This document shows, in pieces, positions 25,317-30,186 of a stretch of DNA of 30,186 nt. How positions within the stretch are numbered: position 1 is the first letter of the stretch; each line of letters opens with the position of its first letter. Origin of the DNA: a virus (lineage: Duplodnaviria; Caudoviricetes); IMG/VR virus record IMGVR_UViG_3300045119_000083, positions 1 to 30,186 of that record. One strand, given 5' to 3'. The translations under genes and the position numbers were made by a program. Under the pieces are notes generated by a model. The model did no database searches, was not told where the DNA came from, and saw only the letters and a list, made by a program, of their open reading frames with translations.

Positions 25317-26252
25317 ATGAGCGTAAACACCACATTGGCCGGCCTCTCGCAGACCGCCGCCAGCAATGGCCCAGATGGCAGCGTAGACCCGCCTTCGACC
25401 ATAGACGACTCGGTCAGGTACGCCCTGTCCTTTATCGCCTCCCTGCGAGACGGCAAGGGCTTTACTACGCCTGCTGTGCTGGCCTCTGCCAGTACCACCG
25501 ATATCGGCGCGCAGAACTCGCTGGGCGTGGAGATCAGCGGAACGACCACGATAACGAGCTTCGGCACGGCCTACAACGGCCCCAGGTTCCTGCGCTTTAC
25601 GGGTGCGCTGACCCTCACGCACAACGCATCGAATCTGATCTTGCCAGGTGGGGCGAATATCACCACGGCCGCGGGTGATTGCGCTGTAGTGATTCCAAAA
25701 ACCACCGCGGGTACGGCTGATGGGTGGCAGGTGCTTGTTTATCAAAAATCCGACCTCTCCCAGAAGCCAACTCTCGGCACTACGGTTGCCGCCACCTCTG
25801 GTACATCCATTGATTTCACTGGGATACCGAGTTGGGTCAAAAGGATAACCGTTTCTGCTTCTGGCCTGAGTACAAATGGCACCGATCAAATCATGATCCG
25901 ACTTGGTACTGCGGCGTCCGGCGGAACGATTGAGACTACTGGCTATCTGAGCGGCTTCACCATCATAAGCACGTCTGGCGTCCTTACCGGTAACGCCACC
26001 ACAGGTTTTAACGTGGGAAATGCTGGAACCGCCGCGGCGCTTTACAACGGGTCTATGACCATCACCCTCCTCAATCCCGCAACAAACACATGGGCGGCAA
26101 CTGGGATTTTTTACGAATCTCAGCAAACAGAGGGACATTCGATGGCCGGATCAAAGCCACTTGCAGCCGCGCTAGACCGAATTCGCATCACCACGCCAGG
26201 CGGCGCAAACACGTTCGACGCCGGTGTAGTAAACATTCTTTACGAGGGATAA
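25317..26252 (+). CDS. Tail fibre / receptor-binding protein
   Basis: AGGAG RBS; anchor-like N-terminus TAASNGPDG...TIDDSVR; Thr/Gly-rich beta domains. Confidence 0.75.
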   Translation: MSVNTTLAGLSQTAASNGPDGSVDPPSTIDDSVRYALSFIASLRDGKGFTTPAVLASASTTDIGAQNSLGVEISGTTTITSFGTAYNGPRFLRFTGALTLTHNASNLILPGGANITTAAGDCAVVIPKTTAGTADGWQVLVYQKSDLSQKPTLGTTVAATSGTSIDFTGIPSWVKRITVSASGLSTNGTDQIMIRLGTAASGGTIETTGYLSGFTIISTSGVLTGNATTGFNVGNAGTAAALYNGSMTITLLNPATNTWAATGIFYESQQTEGHSMAGSKPLAAALDRIRITTPGGANTFDAGVVNILYEG

Positions 26253-26253
26253 C

Positions 26254-26787
26254 ATGCCAGGCCTATACATCAGACTCCCTAACTGCACCTGGCTCGTTGT
26301 TGACGGCACAGAGACCGCCCCGGACCCTATCGCGGGCCTTGTGGACCTAGTTCCGGCGCTGCTGTCGAATTCCTCAGGTGGCTGGACGTGCTCAGCCTCT
26401 TTCGAATACTACGAATCCGGCACGGGCACGGCATACGCCCACAAGATATTCGACCGCGTCGCAAGCGGAAATTGGATAGACGGTTGGAACGCCGGCTATG
26501 GCTACCCGCAATGGAATCAATTTCAAGCCCCGGCGCCCATAACCGTCAAGGCCTACAGCGTGCAGATTCGCACGGGCGCCAATACGCTCTACCCGGGCAC
26601 CTGGAAACTCCAAGGCTGGAACGGCACCGTCTGGGACGACCTACACAGCGTCAGCGGTGTAACATGGCTAGCTGGAGAGATTAAGACCTATGTTGTCCCG
26701 ACACCGGCCGCTTATAGCAAGCATCGCCTTTATGTCACTGCTGGCGGTGTTCAGTGTGAAATACAGGAGTGCCGCCTCTATGGCTGA
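26254..26787 (+). CDS. Discoidin (F5/8 type C)-like carbohydrate-binding protein
   Basis: SASFEY...IFD...W...PQW...YSVQ...PGTWKLQGWNGTVWDDL...YSKHRLYVT...EIQECRLYG. Confidence 0.7.
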   Translation: MPGLYIRLPNCTWLVVDGTETAPDPIAGLVDLVPALLSNSSGGWTCSASFEYYESGTGTAYAHKIFDRVASGNWIDGWNAGYGYPQWNQFQAPAPITVKAYSVQIRTGANTLYPGTWKLQGWNGTVWDDLHSVSGVTWLAGEIKTYVVPTPAAYSKHRLYVTAGGVQCEIQECRLYG

Positions 26788-27409
26788 TGCTCAAATCAGG
26801 GGCTGCTTGAACGCCGTAGCGCCAAAAGCGCGGCAGCTCGACATTTTCGGCGATTCCACCCAAGTCGGGGCGCTCACCAGCAATACCGATTCGACCAAGC
26901 CGCCATCCTATTGGGTAAATTTGCCCGGCTTCACAGTGGTGAATCGCGGCCTGCGCGGCGACTCCACGCAGTGGCTTCTTGACTACCACACAACCCGCGA
27001 CGGCTGGGCCGGCCTGCTCCAGAACTCGGCTGCTGATACGGTCATCATCAACCACGCCATCAATGACCGCAACGCCCTGGTGCCAATTGCCACCTACAAG
27101 GCCAATCTTGAAATGATCATATGGCTGGCGCAGGACATCAACAAAAAGCGCCTGATCCTCGAAACGCCAAACCCGATCGATTACGCCGTGTCCGGCGCGC
27201 TCCCGCTCTCGGACTATGCCCAAGCAATGCGCGAAGTCGCCGCGGCAAAGGGCGTGGCCATGATTGACCAATACGACTATATGACCAGCCTCATAGGCAG
27301 TCAGCCGATCACGGGCTTCATGCCCGACCGAGTGCACCCGAACGACTATACCTATAGGCTCAAGGGCGAGTTTTCGAACAAGCGCCTATTTGAAATTCTC
27401 TGCAACTGA
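26780..27409 (+). CDS. SGNH/GDSL hydrolase (esterase/deacetylase)
   Basis: Block I FGDST, block II NRGLRG, block III HAIND, block V DRVHPN; AGGAG RBS. Confidence 0.9.
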   Translation: MADAQIRGCLNAVAPKARQLDIFGDSTQVGALTSNTDSTKPPSYWVNLPGFTVVNRGLRGDSTQWLLDYHTTRDGWAGLLQNSAADTVIINHAINDRNALVPIATYKANLEMIIWLAQDINKKRLILETPNPIDYAVSGALPLSDYAQAMREVAAAKGVAMIDQYDYMTSLIGSQPITGFMPDRVHPNDYTYRLKGEFSNKRLFEILCN

Positions 27410-27414
27410 CTGCT

Positions 27415-27654
27415 CTAGCTGTCCAGTTTAATTTCCAGCCTTAGAAGGTCTTTATCGCCTTCGTGGGTTTGCTGGCCGCGCTTGATGTTTATGGATATTT
27501 CGTCTCGATAAAGCTCACCGAACGCAATAGGGAAATCTTCGTCGTCTTCATTGAACGCGCGAACGTGAATGAATAGCTTCCCGTCTGGGTCCTGCTGAAT
27601 CAGCATTTCTCCCAGTTCTCGGGCGGTCAGCAGTTTTGATGGTGTTTCTTCCAT
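27415..27654 (-). CDS. Acidic 79-aa accessory protein (antisense moron)
   Basis: AGGAG RBS before ATG 27654; AT-richer than its flanks. Confidence 0.7.
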   Translation of the reverse strand: MEETPSKLLTARELGEMLIQQDPDGKLFIHVRAFNEDDEDFPIAFGELYRDEISINIKRGQQTHEGDKDLLRLEIKLDS

Positions 27655-27687
27655 TTGAGCGCTCCTGAAGTTGTCCAATTTTTAAGG

Positions 27688-27858
27688 TCAGCGAAACCGC
27701 GCATCGCGAACGCATACCGTTTCAGTCTTGCCATCCATGGTTTTCTCGACGCACTCTCCGCGCACCGTAAGCAAGTAGCCGGTAACAAGCGCACCGACGG
27801 CCACAAAAACGACCAAGCAAACGGTCGTGAGTATTTTGATAACGCGGTTTTTGTGCAT
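27688..27858 (-). CDS. 56-aa membrane protein with paired cysteines
   Basis: MHKNRVIKILTTVCLVVFVAVGALVTGYLLTVRGECVEKTMDGKTETVCVRDARFR; TAAAAT 5 nt upstream suggests a leaderless mRNA. Confidence 0.65.
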   Translation of the reverse strand: MHKNRVIKILTTVCLVVFVAVGALVTGYLLTVRGECVEKTMDGKTETVCVRDARFR

Positions 27859-27873
27859 ACCGCATTTTAAAGC

Positions 27874-27897
27874 AGCCCGCCCCGAGCGGGCTTTTTT
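27874..27897 (+). terminator. Intrinsic terminator before the lysis cassette
   Basis: AGCCCGC-CCCGA-GCGGGCTTTTTT. Confidence 0.85.
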
Positions 27898-27984
27898 ACA
27901 CCCGGAAAGCTACACCATGAGGTGTATCTATGCATGGAAAACATAATCTCTAAACAAGTGCCTAAGCGTTCATAGGAAGACAGC

Positions 27985-28254
27985 ATGACACCAACGACCC
28001 CAGAACTAGAAGCGCAGCACCATGCAGACAACCAGCTACGGTTTCTGGCTATAGAGACCAAGCTAGATGCCAATACGGCGGTGACGGAAAAGCTGGCCGG
28101 CGACACCGCCGAACTGGTGGAGATGTGGAAGGACGCCGGGGTGTTCTTCAAATGGATGCGCAGGGCCGGGAAATTCGTAGTGGGGATGAGCAAATTCCTT
28201 CTTCTCGTGGGTTCTTTGTATGCGATCTGGAAACAATGGTGGGGGCCGAAATGA
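27985..28254 (+). CDS. Lysis-region protein, coiled coil plus one TM segment (holin/antiholin-like)
   Basis: AGGA RBS; IETKLDANTAVTEKL; hydrophobic C-terminus. Confidence 0.65.
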   Translation: MTPTTPELEAQHHADNQLRFLAIETKLDANTAVTEKLAGDTAELVEMWKDAGVFFKWMRRAGKFVVGMSKFLLLVGSLYAIWKQWWGPK

Positions 28255-28472
28255 GCATAGACGCCGTAACCGGTGATGTGAACATGATCATCAACAAGCT
28301 AGGCGGGCGCACGTTCCTGCTGACGCTGGGCTGCGGTGCAGCTACTACGGCCCTTTGCTGGGCTGGGAAGATCGACGGCACCACTTATGCCGCCGTCGTA
28401 CTGGGCACGGTAGGTGCCTATATCACTGCCAATGCCGTGCGCGGCGTGAAGCAAGACAAAGGCGCATCATGA
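28251..28472 (+). CDS. Putative class II holin
   Basis: Two hydrophobic segments and a basic tail; ATGA overlaps; directly before the lysozyme. Confidence 0.7.
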   Translation: MSIDAVTGDVNMIINKLGGRTFLLTLGCGAATTALCWAGKIDGTTYAAVVLGTVGAYITANAVRGVKQDKGAS

Positions 28473-28909
28473 ACCAAGATGATCCCCTGCTGAACAAAGA
28501 GCTACGCCGAGATGAGAGCGTGGAATACAAGCTATACCTGGACACCCTCGGGATACCAACGACCGGGGTGGGGCACAACCTAAATGCAAAACCACTGCCA
28601 GAGGGCTGGACCTACCCGCTCACGGATGCCCAGGTTGATGAATTGCTGGCCGACGACGTTGGGGACGTGTTCAAGGATCTGGACCGGGTCTTCCCCTGGT
28701 GGCGAAATATGAGCTATGCCCGCCAGCGGGTCATCGCCAACATGTGCTTTAACCTGGGCATTACCCGCCTTTCTGGCTTCAAAAACACCCTGGCGGCCAT
28801 GGAACAGGGCAGGTATACCACTGCCGCGGCCGGGATGATGTCTTCCAAGTGGGCCGAACAGGTAGGCAAGCGTGCAGAGCGCTTAGCTGAAATGATGGTG
28901 ACGGGATGA
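28469..28909 (+). CDS. Endolysin, T4-lysozyme-like (GH24)
   Basis: E-x8-D-x5-T triad (ESVEYKLYLDTLGIPTTGVGH), NMCFNLG, SKWAEQV..RAERL. Confidence 0.92.
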   Translation: MNQDDPLLNKELRRDESVEYKLYLDTLGIPTTGVGHNLNAKPLPEGWTYPLTDAQVDELLADDVGDVFKDLDRVFPWWRNMSYARQRVIANMCFNLGITRLSGFKNTLAAMEQGRYTTAAAGMMSSKWAEQVGKRAERLAEMMVTG

Positions 28910-29376
28910 TGGCCCTACTCAACTGGCGCGTGTGGGCGGCTGTAGCGCTCGCCGTGGGCCTCGCCATAAGCCACACCTTCATCTACCGCGCCGGTAAGGC
29001 CACTGTGCGCGCCGACTGGGACAAGGAACGTCTCGAACAGGTTCAAACCGCCGCCCTCGCATCCGAAGCGCGCCGCATGAAAGAACGGTCACTTTCCCTT
29101 TCAAACGAAGGAGTCACCAATGCGTATATCAAAGAAAAGTCTGCTCTTGTTGCTGCTCAGCGCGCTTCTAATGACAAGCTGCGCGAGCTACAAGCCGCCC
29201 TTAGTGGTGGACCCGGCGTCGATTCCGCCCCCCTTAGAGGAGCTGATGACCCCCGTGATGCCATCATCGATCAATGTGCCAGCGCTCTTGTCGGACTGGA
29301 CAAGGAAGCTAAAGGATTGGCACTCAAGGCAACTGGCTTGCAAAGCTACGCCCGCCTCGTGTGCCTAGCAAAGTAG
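28906..29376 (+). CDS. Rz: Inner-membrane spanin
   Basis: N-terminal TM segment then coiled coil; follows the endolysin. Confidence 0.85.
   Translation: MMALLNWRVWAAVALAVGLAISHTFIYRAGKATVRADWDKERLEQVQTAALASEARRMKERSLSLSNEGVTNAYIKEKSALVAAQRASNDKLRELQAALSGGPGVDSAPLRGADDPRDAIIDQCASALVGLDKEAKGLALKATGLQSYARLVCLAK
29120..29368 (+). CDS. Rz1: Outer-membrane lipoprotein spanin embedded in Rz (+1 frame)
   Basis: AAGGAG RBS; signal peptide with lipobox-like LMTSC; Pro-rich mature part. Confidence 0.88.
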   Translation: MRISKKSLLLLLLSALLMTSCASYKPPLVVDPASIPPPLEELMTPVMPSSINVPALLSDWTRKLKDWHSRQLACKATPASCA

Positions 29377-29377
29377 C

Positions 29378-29485
29378 TCAGGGCTTGCCCCTGTAGTATA
29401 GCCAGAACAGCAGAATCGCTCCGGCCACAAACACCGCCCCTGTGAGCCACAGTTCAAGTGGCGACATTGATTTCAGTATTTCCAC
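29378..29485 (-). CDS. 35-aa single-pass membrane peptide
   Basis: GGGAG RBS and GTG start; MEILKSMSPLELWLTGAVFVAGAILLFWLYYRGKP. Confidence 0.6.
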   Translation of the reverse strand: MEILKSMSPLELWLTGAVFVAGAILLFWLYYRGKP

Positions 29486-29560
29486 GACTGACTCCCAAAG
29501 TAAGCCAATCAATCTATCACCCTGAAATATTAAAGGGTGTGATTAATTCACCGATTGCGG

Positions 29561-29776
29561 CTAGGCTGGGTTTGGGGTATTCGCGGGCGCGGGAGAGCAT
29601 TCGGGGCATCTGTCCCCCGTGCTTTTTCTGTCCAGGTCGCCAGTCCACCCCAGCTTTAGGGCCTCTTCTTTCAGGGTATGCGCCTCACTCCAATGTAGGC
29701 CGCGCTCCTTCGGAGAAACTTGCTCTCCGCCCAATGTTTTTCCGCAAGAATCACATTCGACGTAAATGCCGGTCAT
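29561..29776 (-). CDS. Small Zn-ribbon protein
   Basis: AAGGAG RBS; CDSC...CPEC. Confidence 0.8.
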   Translation of the reverse strand: MTGIYVECDSCGKTLGGEQVSPKERGLHWSEAHTLKEEALKLGWTGDLDRKSTGDRCPECSPAPANTPNPA

Positions 29777-29786
29777 TTCTCACTCC

Positions 29787-30002
29787 TTATTTGTAGATGG
29801 AATTCCTGCCGTAGAGCCATGAGTCTGGAGCACTCTCCGACGGAGCCATCCCAGCGGGAAGTCCTGGCATCTGCGGGCCGCGCTCATCCGCCCTGCCCAC
29901 GGCCAAGCATTCCCGCATGACCTTGCGGAACTGGGCCACGGTCAGCTCGGAAATCTTCAAGCCTTCGATGCTTGGCTCGGGCTCATTCTTGAAATCAAAC
30001 AT
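29787..30002 (-). CDS. 71-aa hypothetical protein
   Basis: TAAGGA RBS; KISELTVAQFRKVMRECL. Confidence 0.75.
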   Translation of the reverse strand: MFDFKNEPEPSIEGLKISELTVAQFRKVMRECLAVGRADERGPQMPGLPAGMAPSESAPDSWLYGRNSIYK

Positions 30003-30099
30003 TTCTCATTCCTTAAACTTTGGAATAGCCACAGCATAAACGGCTGGGCGATGCTGGGGATTTTCTGCCCAACAGGGCGCAAAACACGCTTTTGGCGCG

Positions 30100-30115
30100 C
30101 TGTATGCACAGCCAG
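30100..30115. promoter_or_regulatory. LexA (SOS) box
   Basis: CTGTATGCACAGCCAG matches CTG-N10-CAG and is one mismatch from CTGT-N8-ACAG. Confidence 0.65.
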
Positions 30116-30165
30116 TAGCCTAGCATCCATGCGGGTTCCGAGCCTGCGCGTAGAATGCGCGGGGC

Positions 30166-30186
30166 ACTTAAAATCCGCCGCTTCGT
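30166..30186 (+). mobile_element. att core (attR or attP): 3' part of tRNA-Leu(UAA) from the anticodon loop
   Basis: ACTTAAAATCCGCCGCTTCGT is an anticodon loop with TAA plus the 3' stem strand; the matching 5' tRNA half is absent upstream. Confidence 0.75.

Noticed and set aside
25317-27409. Diversity-generating retroelement or invertible tail-fibre cassette
   Set aside because: No reverse transcriptase, invertase or template/variable repeat pair seen in the window.
29391-29405. Second LexA box CTGTAGTATAGCCAG
   Set aside because: Spacing is one base short (15 bp) and it lies inside a coding sequence.

Overview
About 30 kb of a temperate, lambdoid-organised podovirus or prophage with P22-like morphogenesis, probably of a betaproteobacterial (Burkholderiales/Comamonadaceae-like) host. 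Gene order from left to right: start of the early-left operon; immunity region (PL, a cI with no S24 peptidase domain, PR, cro, a CII-type repeat site, cII); orphan DNA methyltransferase; small early-right genes; an HNH ORF that reads in frame through a complete tRNA-Arg(UCG); replication initiator with internal origin; ninG, ninB and a Q-like antiterminator with its late promoter; terS, terL, portal, scaffold and capsid; short-tail and DNA-ejection genes; a deleted HNH-AP2 endonuclease; tail fibre, discoidin-like and SGNH esterase genes; holin, lysozyme and Rz/Rz1; leftward accessory genes below a LexA box; and an att core matching the 3' half of tRNA-Leu(UAA) at the window end. The integrase and most of the left arm lie outside the window. 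The most unusual content is non-coding or too small for the ORF track: tandem structured RNAs between terL and portal, a covarying GNGA hairpin before five head-gene starts, a tRNA nested in a reading frame, and three antisense single-pass membrane peptides. All family assignments are from recognising motifs by eye; no searches were run.
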